The notes under the pieces are model-generated. The model worked only from the letters and a program-made list of their open reading frames with translations. It was not told where the DNA came from and did no database searches. DNA of 64,000 nucleotides, taken from NCBI GenBank assembly GCA_020619395.1, contig GCA_020619395.1_4860.1. One strand, given 5' to 3'. Positions 47,135 to 56,613 of this stretch are shown one piece after another. Every line of letters starts with the position of its first letter. Position 1 is the first letter of the stretch. Source of the DNA: a phage. Both the position numbers and the translations under genes were made by a program.

Positions 47135-47467
47135 TCACTTTTGTTTCTGTTTTTCTTCACGCATCAACTTAGCGTTCAGGTCGACCATGTAACCCGGTTT
47201 TTCCATCACCTGCACTTCTTCCCAGTTGCTTCCCACCGTCATTTTGAGTGTTCCTTGACGTACCGCGATTTCTTTTGCAGTGTCACGGCAGACCTCTAAC
47301 GCTTCGTCCAAATCGTTAAAGGTTGTCTTCTGTGGTCCGTTAAAGGTTTTAGCGCATTCCAGGAATACACGTTCGTAAACATCCTGGTCGAGTAAGAGTG
47401 GTTTGTCCGCAGCGTGGGCAACCATAGGCGCAACGAGTGCGCCTAACAGAACTAAAACTTTCTTCAT
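47135..47467 (-). CDS. Secreted/periplasmic small protein (110 aa)
   Basis: Start set to ATG 47467: MKKVLVLLGALVAPMVAHA signal peptide with AHA-A cleavage-like site. Confidence 0.55.
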   Translation of the reverse strand: MKKVLVLLGALVAPMVAHAADKPLLLDQDVYERVFLECAKTFNGPQKTTFNDLDEALEVCRDTAKEIAVRQGTLKMTVGSNWEEVQVMEKPGYMVDLNAKLMREEKQKQK

Positions 47468-47557
47468 TGTTTCACCGTGCGTATAAGTTGATAACGTAGG
47501 GTTAAAATTAAATCCATGTAACCTAGGGTCAATAGCGCACATGCGGCGCTATTAGCA

Positions 47558-49318
47558 CTATGCTTTCTCTGTCCAAGCGTGACCACGCAGCGTTTCACCA
47601 CGTATGTCGTATTGCTTATATTTCGAAGAGTCGTAAGACGCAGGTAAGAAGATCTGATGAACAATATCCGCCAGTCGACGAGCACCAAGGTTCTCTACAG
47701 CATTGGCTTCCATTGTTTTCTCAGCGATGAACGTATAGGTGTCCATGTCGTACTGCGTTTCCACCCCTTCGGTTTTCAACAACTTAATCATGCCGTGGAA
47801 CTCACTGTTATCCAACTTACAGATAGCAATCAGTGCCTCGGTATCCAGCGAAGACATTTTCGCCCTTAACGGAAAACGTCCCTGGAGTTCTGCCATGAGT
47901 TTAGAAACAGGCGCTTGAGCAAACGACCCAGCAGCGACAAAAAGCACATTGGTTGTGTCAACGCCATGATAAATACCTCCTTCAACCATTTTCAACAAGC
48001 TACGCTGCACACCACTACGGGATACACGTGCAGAGTGTTGCGTGTCAACCTCGATAAGTTTGTCAAACTCATCCAGGAACACCACCGCAAAGTTCTCAAC
48101 GAAATCATGCCCATTACAGTTGGGTAGTTTCTTGAGGTCTTTGCGGCTGACTGTTTCTTTTTCTGGTGCAACTGTTTCAGGTATCTCGTAATGCCAGAGT
48201 CGTTCATCAGCGTATTTGGTAAATTCTGGAGAACCTTCGAACACGTCATCCCACCAACGACACCACTTCTCAGGATCTTCCAAACGAGACAACATGCGAA
48301 TAGTAAACGCTGCAGCGTCGATCGGGAACCAATTAATGCCCACCGGCTCGGCGTCCTCGTCGTCGCCGTTAAACGTGTCGAACAAATCGTAGAAATCTGA
48401 GCCATCGGCACATGAGAGCGGAAGGTTATTCGACATCAACTTTTGACCAGCATCAACGTATAAGTCAATCTGTTCGCCTAAAGCCATCAGCGACATAAAC
48501 TCACCCATATACCCAATCGTGCCCGGTATATCGCCACCCATTAACTCATCGACTTGACTTTCAAGTTCTTCACTATTTAACAGTTCAGAAATTGACGAGA
48601 CACCGAGCAGACTCCTTGCGATTTCCGACATCTTATCTATCCATTCCTGCACAGTACGACCACCGAGCGCAACAGAATAAATATCGAAGTCTTCGTAGGT
48701 TAAATTATGTTGACGGCAATAGCCAACCATAAACGCGCGAAGACAATAGATGTCTTGGTATTCTTCGTACAACTCCTTCGGATCGAGTATACCCTGACGC
48801 CGTAATAGTTCGGTGTGTTCACGTTTAGCTTGATACCGCAGCTGGCGCTCAGCGGCGCGCTCGTCTAGTTCACGTTCAACTTCCTTGCGGGATTCACGCT
48901 CCCACTCTTCTCGAGTAAGACGATTACCGTCTACTTCCGACTCGACACGACGTTTGGTACGCAGTTCGATATACCAGTCGGGCAATTCGACAGAACGCGC
49001 TAAGTCGGCTAAGTCCTTGCCGATTGATGTAACTTCCCGGCCTACGTAGCCCGATTCTGTAAACGCGGTCATGTCGAGTTCCAGTACGGGTAAACCGAAT
49101 TTAGTTTTCAGTACCCGCATCAACGCCGTTTTACCCGTGCCTGTTGGACCTTCTATTAAAAGGTTCTGTTTGTGGACCGACATACGGTCCACTACGTTGA
49201 GTTTGTTGGCACGATATCGATTACGTAGCGCAATCGCCAGCATTTTCTTTGCCTGCGTTTGTCCGTATACGTAACGGTCGAATAGCGCCACTATCTCAAT
49301 CGGCGTAAGGTTTTCCAT
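47558..49318 (-). CDS. HslU/ClpX-family AAA+ ATPase (586 aa)
   Basis: N-terminus TPIEIVALFDRYVYGQTQAKKMLAIALRNRYR..LIEGPTGTGKTALMR..FTESGYVGREV and C-terminus VFLDEFDK..GVQRSLLKMVEG..ENLGARRL parallel E. coli HslU block by block (from memory). Confidence 0.75.
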   Translation of the reverse strand: MENLTPIEIVALFDRYVYGQTQAKKMLAIALRNRYRANKLNVVDRMSVHKQNLLIEGPTGTGKTALMRVLKTKFGLPVLELDMTAFTESGYVGREVTSIGKDLADLARSVELPDWYIELRTKRRVESEVDGNRLTREEWERESRKEVERELDERAAERQLRYQAKREHTELLRRQGILDPKELYEEYQDIYCLRAFMVGYCRQHNLTYEDFDIYSVALGGRTVQEWIDKMSEIARSLLGVSSISELLNSEELESQVDELMGGDIPGTIGYMGEFMSLMALGEQIDLYVDAGQKLMSNNLPLSCADGSDFYDLFDTFNGDDEDAEPVGINWFPIDAAAFTIRMLSRLEDPEKWCRWWDDVFEGSPEFTKYADERLWHYEIPETVAPEKETVSRKDLKKLPNCNGHDFVENFAVVFLDEFDKLIEVDTQHSARVSRSGVQRSLLKMVEGGIYHGVDTTNVLFVAAGSFAQAPVSKLMAELQGRFPLRAKMSSLDTEALIAICKLDNSEFHGMIKLLKTEGVETQYDMDTYTFIAEKTMEANAVENLGARRLADIVHQIFLPASYDSSKYKQYDIRGETLRGHAWTEKA

Positions 49319-49527
49319 TATTTTTCCTCTTTCAATATCTCAGCAACCGCTTTGCGACACGCGTTCACCGCGTCAGGATAAGTGCTATTGTTCGGGTCTA
49401 CTCGATCAATACACATTCTGAACGTACTGGTTGCGGTCTCGCGACGTTCTGCAGTGCGGGTACTGGTACTGACGGCGATATAAATACAGAACAACACAGC
49501 AGCTGCAATCGGCCAACGTAAGTTCAT
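49318..49527 (-). CDS. Small membrane-anchored protein (69 aa)
   Basis: Hydrophobic N-terminus WPIAAAVLFCIYIAVS; start and stop overlap neighbours by TAATG-type coupling. Confidence 0.45.
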   Translation of the reverse strand: MNLRWPIAAAVLFCIYIAVSTSTRTAERRETATSTFRMCIDRVDPNNSTYPDAVNACRKAVAEILKEEK

Positions 49528-50225
49528 CAGTAATCCCCCGTTGCCCCTATCGCAGTCGCTACTTTACTGGCAACCTCGTCAACCGGAAGCACCACCTCGT
49601 CTTTCTTGCTCACAATCTCTGGCACTTCTTTGACATGTTCAACGGTCACGTCAAATTTCCGAGTATAACCAACAAGTAACTTTGCCATTTCTGCACGACT
49701 AACGAACTGTTGTTCTTCTGACAGATGCAACGACGTATCAAGTAGTCCGGAATGCATGAAGTTTTCAATGAGTTGGTCTTCTTCTGCTTTGAAGTCGTAC
49801 CGCTCGTTCGGTGCAGCCACAAATGCATAACCGAAATACTTCCCCTCTTCCTGTTCAGGGCGTAACGATTTAACTAACTCCTCAGCGTGTTCACAGAAGT
49901 CCGCCAAAGTATAATCGTCAAGTGTGGCAACTGCGGTTTCTGTTACAATTTCACCGCTGTCGAGTTCGGTGAGGTGCATCACCCACAGGTGCCATGGGCG
50001 CGGTTGGTCGAACAGCCCACCGACTAACATGTCTGTGGCGATAGCACGAATACGTGGACTTGCTGTAAAGTGAAAACCGCGGCCCGCGTACGGGCCGAGA
50101 CGGCGAATGGAGCTGCCAATAAAGGTGATGCGGTTCAGCGCGTTTTCAGCGATGGTGTGCGCTGTACGCTCTGTAGCAGCTTTTGGGTTATACTTTTTGT
50201 TACGGGGTTTCTTTTGCTTAGCCAT
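49527..50225 (-). CDS. Hypothetical protein (232 aa)
   Basis: ORF directly upstream of the HslU-like gene; no HslV-like motifs. Confidence 0.55.
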   Translation of the reverse strand: MAKQKKPRNKKYNPKAATERTAHTIAENALNRITFIGSSIRRLGPYAGRGFHFTASPRIRAIATDMLVGGLFDQPRPWHLWVMHLTELDSGEIVTETAVATLDDYTLADFCEHAEELVKSLRPEQEEGKYFGYAFVAAPNERYDFKAEEDQLIENFMHSGLLDTSLHLSEEQQFVSRAEMAKLLVGYTRKFDVTVEHVKEVPEIVSKKDEVVLPVDEVASKVATAIGATGDY

Positions 50226-50695
50226 TACTTAAAAACCTTTTTGCAAACTGTGTGGAATACTTTACGAATTTCACGAAGGGATTGTTCGGTGTGCAGATAA
50301 CGATACGTTATCTTCCACGCGTTATACGTGTTTTTCAGGGTGATTTCGCTGAGGTCATAAACGAAATCATCATCAGGGTACATGAGTCTCGCCATGGATA
50401 AATCCCACAATGGTGGAATATCCGCTTTCATTAACTCAGCGACAAGCTCATGTGCTTTGTGTTCAAAGCCGATGCCAAGAACGAACACCACATGAAATTC
50501 CCCCGGTGTGTTCTTTTTAGAATATGGTCCGTGTCCATGACACGACCAGATTGTCGTGGCACCAGGATAACTACAAATGACCTCACACGCATCCCGTACG
50601 CCTTTCTCAACCCAACCGTTTACGAGCGCCTTAGACGTTCGTAGTTTAAACCGACCCAGAACATCCAGGTCCACGCCACCGTATAAAACTGGCAT
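50225..50695 (-). CDS. Hypothetical protein (156 aa)
   Basis: AAGGAG RBS; no assignable domain. Confidence 0.55.
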   Translation of the reverse strand: MPVLYGGVDLDVLGRFKLRTSKALVNGWVEKGVRDACEVICSYPGATTIWSCHGHGPYSKKNTPGEFHVVFVLGIGFEHKAHELVAELMKADIPPLWDLSMARLMYPDDDFVYDLSEITLKNTYNAWKITYRYLHTEQSLREIRKVFHTVCKKVFK

Positions 50696-50723
50696 CTTTA
50701 ATTCTCCTTAAGGGTGTCTTCAT

Positions 50724-51176
50724 TTAATGGTTATGTTCTGTAAAAATTGCGAGTGCGAGCCAGTGCTCCATCACTCTTTCCATCACATCCGGGTCAGGTC
50801 GATAGTTGAGTCTAAACGTCCAGCTTGGATAACAGAGGTTCGCGTTGCCTTCTTGACGCAGCCAAGTAAAGTTTAACTGAAAACGTTTCCCGTATTCGTG
50901 CGGCTGCCATCCTTCTAATAAATGATTAATGTCTTTAAGACCCGCCTCGGTTGCCACAAATGTTAAGCTGTGGTGTCTACGTGTACGAAGCTTGTCTCCG
51001 TCTTTGCGAACTTCTCCCGTGAATGCCCAAACGGTTGCGATATTCGGCCATTCGCTAAATGCCCTAATGATTGCACGCGTTTTAACATCGACTGGTTTTT
51101 CAGCATCCAGCGCCCGGATTGTGCGCTGCTTGTACGCGGCCAATTCCGCATCATTGACGACTGAACATTGAAACAT
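50724..51176 (-). CDS. Hypothetical protein (150 aa)
   Basis: ORF with G-rich RBS. Confidence 0.5.
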   Translation of the reverse strand: MFQCSVVNDAELAAYKQRTIRALDAEKPVDVKTRAIIRAFSEWPNIATVWAFTGEVRKDGDKLRTRRHHSLTFVATEAGLKDINHLLEGWQPHEYGKRFQLNFTWLRQEGNANLCYPSWTFRLNYRPDPDVMERVMEHWLALAIFTEHNH

Positions 51177-51196
51177 GGTATACCCCCCAAAGGGTT

Positions 51197-51237
51197 AAAA
51201 ATAAAAAGAACCCTACCTAACCGAAGTTAGGTAGGGG
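51197..51237 (-). terminator. Rho-independent terminator
   Basis: Minus-strand CCCTACCTAAC-TTCG-GTTAGGTAGGG followed by TTCTTTTTATTTTT. Confidence 0.75.
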
Positions 51238-51242
51238 ACTAC

Positions 51243-51548
51243 TTAAGCGACAGCGCGTTTGCGTTTATCGACGACTTTCTTGGTTGCTTTCGCTGCCTTC
51301 TTACTGGCAGGGATAGTATCAACCGGGGTGTCGGCTACCAAGGCACGCTCTACACCGTCTGCACGTACGACGCGCAGATTCTTCGCCTGTGGTAAGCCTT
51401 TGAAAGTGATGGTCAAACCCGCGCGGAGACCTTGATACAGAAACCCTTGCAGGTTCAGTTTCTTGGCGGTTGCAGTGTTCTCACAACCTTTCTCCACGTA
51501 CAGCAGAGTCGTACCTGCGCGTTTAACAATTGTGTATTGTTTAGCCAT
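51243..51548 (-). CDS. Small basic protein (101 aa), possible nucleic-acid-binding
   Basis: Lys-rich C-terminus KKAAKATKKVVDKRKRAVA; preceded by conserved upstream motif. Confidence 0.55.
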   Translation of the reverse strand: MAKQYTIVKRAGTTLLYVEKGCENTATAKKLNLQGFLYQGLRAGLTITFKGLPQAKNLRVVRADGVERALVADTPVDTIPASKKAAKATKKVVDKRKRAVA

Positions 51549-51580
51549 CTACTTTTTCCTTTCTTTACAGTTAGGTTCAG

Positions 51581-51602
51581 TAAAATAACATCTATCTGAA
51601 AA
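51581..51602 (-). promoter_or_regulatory. Conserved upstream motif
   Basis: Plus-strand TAAAATAACATCTATCTGAAAA about 35-55 nt upstream of the ATG at 51548. Confidence 0.4.
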
Positions 51603-51610
51603 GTCGTGCG

Positions 51611-51943
51611 TTAGACCATCATCTCTAAGCGCACATACTCTTTACGGCTAGGATGTACCTGCGCCATAATCCGATGATGTACACGGTCGATGAGCAGCGT
51701 TTCGTTTACGCGCGGAATAAACCGAAATACGTTTAACGGTAACGTGAACTCAACACCCGTCACAATATTAGACAGTGTCATTAGTTCTTCGCCGATACCT
51801 TTAACTTCTGCAACCACGGAACGATCGTGTACCTCACCACCTAACGGGGGTGTGAACGCCCGAATAAAGCGGACGTGCAGTTCCTGGTGCGTCAGTGTGG
51901 GCTCAATGGGGTTTAGGTTCGACATGAAGCTGTCCTGGGGCAT
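51611..51943 (-). CDS. Hypothetical protein (about 110 aa); start uncertain
   Basis: Tracked 183-aa ORF overlaps 51903-52220 in another frame; only the C-terminal part looks protein-like. Start at MPQDSF (51943) or MSNL (51925). Confidence 0.35.
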   Translation of the reverse strand: MPQDSFMSNLNPIEPTLTHQELHVRFIRAFTPPLGGEVHDRSVVAEVKGIGEELMTLSNIVTGVEFTLPLNVFRFIPRVNETLLIDRVHHRIMAQVHPSRKEYVRLEMMV

Positions 51944-52220
51944 ACGCGGTACCTTTTTCATTGGTTGTGTTAGCAACGCACCACATCCACTGTTTAGTTT
52001 CTTTGTCTTGCCAAGAAAACAAGATAGAACCCTCGCGGATTTCAGACGCATCAACTTCGGGATGGAATAACATGAATTCGTTTTCATCGTTGTCCACCAC
52101 GACATACTGCCCTTCTTCCATACGGTCGAAGTTAGCGACACCAACGGTAATCGGTTCCGCATCGACAGAAAGAGTCACTTCACGTTTTGGCAGGTCACGA
52201 TGAATAGCACTTAACCACAT
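51903..52220 (-). CDS. Hypothetical acidic protein (105 aa)
   Basis: AGAGGA RBS; downstream of terminator. Confidence 0.5.
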   Translation of the reverse strand: MWLSAIHRDLPKREVTLSVDAEPITVGVANFDRMEEGQYVVVDNDENEFMLFHPEVDASEIREGSILFSWQDKETKQWMWCVANTTNEKGTAYAPGQLHVEPKPH

Positions 52221-52271
52221 TCTCTTAATTCCTCTTTACGTGGGTTGTTTCACATAAGTTAGTGGACTGAT

Positions 52272-52310
52272 GTAAATAAAAAGGGACCTCCTTACCCGTG
52301 GGCAAGGAGG
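52272..52310 (-). terminator. Rho-independent terminator
   Basis: CCTCCTT..AAGGAGG interrupted stem followed by TCCCTTTTTATTT on minus strand. Confidence 0.55.
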
Positions 52311-52316
52311 CAAACC

Positions 52317-52799
52317 TTACAGTTGGTTTTCTTCGCGGTCGTCTGTCAGGACGGCTGCGCAGATAAAGCGCGCGAGTTTCAATTTCGCAGCCGCCGTCTC
52401 CTCTGCAGTCGGATTCGGGTCAACCGGCGCAGCCAAATCGACATCTGCCAGCTCTTCCGCGTATTTCTCAGCAGCTTCATCGAAGCCTGCACGGATACCT
52501 GCCAGAAGGTCTTGTACTTCATCGCTTGGCACAGGACCATCGATAAGAATCTTCTGAGCGTCAGACGGCTCTACATCGGCAAAGTTCATTTCGTTCAACA
52601 TGCCAATGCGTTCTGCGTTAGAGGTGATGAGTTGTGCCAACAGTTTTTCAAAACGGTTGATGTGTTCATCGTCCAACGGTTGACCGGTCAGTAGCTCGTA
52701 GTAGCGGGCCATAAGTGTGTTCGCGTCGGCCCCTTCCTCATGACGCACGCCTAAATCAAAATCGTGCTGAGGGAGCTGACCTAATTCGATCATATCCAT
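52317..52799 (-). CDS. Hypothetical highly acidic protein (160 aa)
   Basis: ATG 52799 with GAGG 7 nt upstream (tracked TTG 52811). Asp/Glu-rich. Confidence 0.55.
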   Translation of the reverse strand: MDMIELGQLPQHDFDLGVRHEEGADANTLMARYYELLTGQPLDDEHINRFEKLLAQLITSNAERIGMLNEMNFADVEPSDAQKILIDGPVPSDEVQDLLAGIRAGFDEAAEKYAEELADVDLAAPVDPNPTAEETAAAKLKLARFICAAVLTDDREENQL

Positions 52800-52839
52800 A
52801 GTTAACCTCAACGGTGTTTAAGGGTCATACAATGGCGAA

Positions 52840-53118
52840 TTACGCCGTTACCGGAACAGGGGTGATTAACAGCTCCCCTTCCACCTCACGTAACTGATAA
52901 CCGTACATAACGTTGTAGGATTTAATGCCGTCGCGTTGTTTGGCTTTCGCGACGAGCTTTTCCAACACGCGGCTATGTGCGCGAGTCATTTCTTCTTTCG
53001 AATAAACGACTTGGAGTACGTGCTGTTCGTCAATAACGGCACGGAACTGCATTACGTCGCCGTCCTCAACGTTGTAAACGACTTCTTTAGACTTCGACAC
53101 TGTACGATTAATTTGCAT
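52840..53118 (-). CDS. Hypothetical protein (92 aa)
   Basis: ATG 53118 with GGAG 8 nt upstream (tracked 53130 lacks SD). Confidence 0.5.
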   Translation of the reverse strand: MQINRTVSKSKEVVYNVEDGDVMQFRAVIDEQHVLQVVYSKEEMTRAHSRVLEKLVAKAKQRDGIKSYNVMYGYQLREVEGELLITPVPVTA

Positions 53119-53920
53119 TATTTTCTCCATTAGTAGTTTTCAGGGCACGTCCGTACACATAACTTTCGGGTAGCCAACCATTTTCTAATAACCACATTGC
53201 GGCTGGTCCCCCAGTATATTGGTGGTAAGTGTAAACTAATTCATCCCCCACCGGTAATTCAGACTGGATACAGTGCATCAACAGTCCGAACTCCTCTCGA
53301 GTTAGAGTAACCACCCCTTCTGCGGTAAACCATCCACCAATAACCCAGCGTCGTCCACGATGTGAGAGCACTGTCAGTTTGTAACTATCGCTGCTCCGCC
53401 ATGACATCATCCTCCCGCCCATGACAAGCGTTGAGTAGATAGAGCTTGTACCGTAAAGCATCCTAACCCAATCCAAGAACGCTTTCTTACTATCGAACAA
53501 CGAACTGACATCCCCACAGAAATCCTCATCGTGGCTAGGCACCGATGTATTAATTTTGCGGTAGTTTATCGTTTCGCAACAAAAGCCCATGCGCGAATAT
53601 TCGTCCCCTTCCGAACGAGTAAAATGCATCGCGTAGTTACACCCCGCTGAGCGGAGTAAAGCATCCGCAAGCGAGGTTAACTGGGCGTCTAAAGCACGAA
53701 CCATATTGATAACTTCTAACATGTATCCGTGGTCCAGACAGAGCACGATCGCATCAGGCGCAACTGTGTCCCGACTGAATACTTCAAAGATTCGGTAGTA
53801 AAGACGACGTTCATCTTGTAACGTGGAAGGATCGATATCATTTAACAACGATAACGCTTTACGGTCTTCCAACCACGTTCGGTCCAGAATCCTCTCCGTG
53901 CGTTCGATAACTCTCAGCAT
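53108..53920 (-). CDS. Hypothetical protein (270 aa)
   Basis: AAGGAGAG RBS. Confidence 0.6.
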   Translation of the reverse strand: MLRVIERTERILDRTWLEDRKALSLLNDIDPSTLQDERRLYYRIFEVFSRDTVAPDAIVLCLDHGYMLEVINMVRALDAQLTSLADALLRSAGCNYAMHFTRSEGDEYSRMGFCCETINYRKINTSVPSHDEDFCGDVSSLFDSKKAFLDWVRMLYGTSSIYSTLVMGGRMMSWRSSDSYKLTVLSHRGRRWVIGGWFTAEGVVTLTREEFGLLMHCIQSELPVGDELVYTYHQYTGGPAAMWLLENGWLPESYVYGRALKTTNGENNAN

Positions 53921-53929
53921 ATTCTCTCC

Positions 53930-54733
53930 TTACGCAAGGGTGTAGTGATGCGTGATTACACGATACTCTAACCCTTCGATAGAAGGAAACTCGTGCTCTA
54001 TCGCAACGCCCATGTTGACCTTCTTACCTTTCTGTCCCGCCAAATGCAAAATGGCGTGGTAGTGTTTTAGAAACTCTACCGAGTAGGCAATCGGGTCAAA
54101 ACTTTGGCAGCAGAATTGCTCAGTAATGATGCTCTTCGGGAACTCCTTATAGAGCATTAATGAAAACGGTTTCTGGCCGTGTAACCCTACAAACGCGGAA
54201 ACAAAACCATTTGCTAATTCACCCAACATCTCACGCGTTCCTGCGTCTTTTAGCGTGGGCCGCATTAGATAGCAAACATCTTGGGTTTGTTCTAATGACA
54301 ATGTCTCCAACGGGACAACTGATGGGTCTGACGTAAAGCCGTATTTCGGACTAACAGTAATCTCCACACGCTTCGTTACAGCTTCGAACCCCAGACGTTG
54401 GTACAATGCCGCATGTTCGGTGTCATGCGGAAAACAGGTAATATCAAGCATCTGCACTTCCAGGAGTCGCGTTAAACGCTTCCACTCGTGGAACAGGGGC
54501 TCGGAAAGCACGTGCAACTCGTAGATGTAGTAAACAATACCTGAACGACATCCACGAAAATACATTTGCGCACGACCGCTATTGCTCAACACTAACCAAT
54601 GATCATCTTCTTGGTCTGCGACGGGTCGCAAATCTTGAATCCGTTCACGGAGTTGCCCCAAGGTGGTCAATCGACCACTAAACTCTACGGTCAGGTCATT
54701 ATTGTCCATACCGTATAGATTAAATAGTTGCAT
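53930..54733 (-). CDS. Hypothetical protein (267 aa)
   Basis: ORF tightly packed in operon. Confidence 0.6.
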   Translation of the reverse strand: MQLFNLYGMDNNDLTVEFSGRLTTLGQLRERIQDLRPVADQEDDHWLVLSNSGRAQMYFRGCRSGIVYYIYELHVLSEPLFHEWKRLTRLLEVQMLDITCFPHDTEHAALYQRLGFEAVTKRVEITVSPKYGFTSDPSVVPLETLSLEQTQDVCYLMRPTLKDAGTREMLGELANGFVSAFVGLHGQKPFSLMLYKEFPKSIITEQFCCQSFDPIAYSVEFLKHYHAILHLAGQKGKKVNMGVAIEHEFPSIEGLEYRVITHHYTLA

Positions 54734-54743
54734 GTAAGGTACC

Positions 54744-55562
54744 TTATAAGGTGCCGATTAGCTCTGTCACTGATTTACGTTTATTCGCGTCGGCGGACAT
54801 ATATCGACCTACCTGAACTTCACGCCAGGTAAAACCGTAGTAGATGTCACGTGTGAGTAACGTATCTGCGTTTGACAGAACGACCTTATTGCCATCGGCA
54901 GCTTGTTGTTTTAAAAGTTTCGCTAACTCGCGGTGGTCAGCTTGTGAAAATTCCTTGCTGTGATACTGCGCATGTTTAGCCGTATCCGAAAGTGGGATGT
55001 ATGGCGGGTCAGCGTATATCACTGCGTTAGATGGGCACTTATTTAGGATGTCGCGGAAGTCGGCGCAGAGCAGCTCGACGTTGGTTTCCGAACAACGTTT
55101 TGCCCACGCCAGAATTTCCTCTTCAGGGAAATAGACACCGTTCGGATGTTGACCATAGGGCACGTTAAACCCACCCGACCGATTGTATCTGCACAAGCCG
55201 TTGTAACCATGACGTGTAAGATACAGGAACATCGCAGCGCGCTGGAGATTAGGTTTCCCCGTGGTTGTCTCGCTGTTAAATTCCTCACGCCGTTTCATGT
55301 ACAGACCGCGGTCCAGCCCATTTGCAAAGAGCGCCTTTGCTTCCAGTATCAACGCCTCCGGACGATCACGCGCCATGGTCAATAACTCGATTAAGTCCGG
55401 GTTCGTGTCGCCGAGAATATAGTTCGGGTATTTAGTGTTTAAAAACACTGACCCTGCACCCACAAACGGTTCAACGAAATACTCAGCATCCGGAAGCACC
55501 TGTAGAAGCTCGGGCAGTACACGACTCTTACCACCCATCCATTTTAAAATTGGTCTTATCAC
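54744..55562 (-). CDS. dam: DNA adenine methyltransferase (Dam family, GATC-type N6-adenine MTase)
   Basis: LKWMGGK, VEPFVGAGSVFLNT, FLYLTRHGYNGLCRYNRSGGFNVPYG, DPPYIPLS: near-collinear with E. coli Dam motifs (from memory). GTG start. Confidence 0.85.
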   Translation of the reverse strand: MIRPILKWMGGKSRVLPELLQVLPDAEYFVEPFVGAGSVFLNTKYPNYILGDTNPDLIELLTMARDRPEALILEAKALFANGLDRGLYMKRREEFNSETTTGKPNLQRAAMFLYLTRHGYNGLCRYNRSGGFNVPYGQHPNGVYFPEEEILAWAKRCSETNVELLCADFRDILNKCPSNAVIYADPPYIPLSDTAKHAQYHSKEFSQADHRELAKLLKQQAADGNKVVLSNADTLLTRDIYYGFTWREVQVGRYMSADANKRKSVTELIGTL

Positions 55563-55565
55563 CCG

Positions 55566-56567
55566 TTAGCATCCTCTCATGCCAGATTGAAACATGTCAT
55601 TAATCGTTGGTCTGGGGTTGGTCTCCACCGGGAGGCTAGGTTCTTCTTTCAGCACTCGGTCGGCGCGGTTCCCTTTTACGCGTTTCCAGCTAATAAGCTC
55701 AGGGTCGCGTTTCAACGTTAGTGTACGCAGTACCTGTTTGCAACGTAGGATGTTGCCATACAGGTGATTTGCTGGATTATTATCAGCAGCTGTTTCAATA
55801 TAGACTTGGTCGGAATGACGTTGTGCGAAATCGAATAGCGCGCCCATTAACCGGCGACCAATGTCACGTTTACGATGCGTAGGTGCAACCGTCAAGCCAG
55901 AAAGTTCAACGACGCCTGGTGTAACCAAGCGCATCTGGGCAATACCGACGATATCGCGGCCGTCTCGCCAAATTGCAGTCTCCACATTAGCGTGCTGAAT
56001 TCTTGCTATTACTGTTTCTGCTAACGGACCAATGTGCGTATAGTGGCCGCGCACATCGTACTCTAGCTCTTCGCAAATTGCACCACTGACCAGATTCAGG
56101 ATAACGTCTTTGTCGTCCTTGGAAAGTTCTGCGTATGCGTCACCAGAAATAATCTTGATTTCCGATGCAGTTATTACTTTATCAAACAGTTTAGAATGAC
56201 ATGCCCAGACGATATCTGAAAGAACAAACCCTTTTTCGACCAGTTTTTGTTCAACATCGTCAGTAGGTGCTGGACATGACATATATTCGAATCCGGTATG
56301 GTCTAGCACAAGGGATAAACCAACTTTATCGAATGCCCCAGGTACAAACTCCTCAAAATAGTGACAGGTTAGTGTGGGGTCACCGTGTCGATAAGTGGCC
56401 ACTAAATAACCCTCCCAGGTTTCTTTATTCTGTACCACGTAAACAGAATAAGTCTCGTCCTTTAGAAACTCTTTTAGGCGGCGTGCTCGTACAGTATCGG
56501 TACCGACGTTATTTTGGAACTCGGCAGAGCGAATGCTGCTGCGGAACAATTTAGCCACAGTTTTCAT
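55566..56567 (-). CDS. GNAT-family acetyltransferase-like protein (333 aa)
   Basis: ATG 56567 with GAGGG 8 nt upstream (tracked GTG 56597 lacks SD). C-terminal VELSGLTVAPTHRKRDIGRRLMGALFDFA resembles GNAT acetyl-CoA motif A. Confidence 0.6.
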   Translation of the reverse strand: MKTVAKLFRSSIRSAEFQNNVGTDTVRARRLKEFLKDETYSVYVVQNKETWEGYLVATYRHGDPTLTCHYFEEFVPGAFDKVGLSLVLDHTGFEYMSCPAPTDDVEQKLVEKGFVLSDIVWACHSKLFDKVITASEIKIISGDAYAELSKDDKDVILNLVSGAICEELEYDVRGHYTHIGPLAETVIARIQHANVETAIWRDGRDIVGIAQMRLVTPGVVELSGLTVAPTHRKRDIGRRLMGALFDFAQRHSDQVYIETAADNNPANHLYGNILRCKQVLRTLTLKRDPELISWKRVKGNRADRVLKEEPSLPVETNPRPTINDMFQSGMRGC

Positions 56568-56613
56568 TGTAATGCCCTCAAAAGGTAATGCTGTCACAAC
56601 ATGAGGATAACGC

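Noticed and set aside
49527-50225. Gene upstream of the HslU-like ATPase as an HslV protease partner
   Set aside because: The sequence lacks the N-terminal Thr active-site region and overall pattern of HslV; it is treated as hypothetical.
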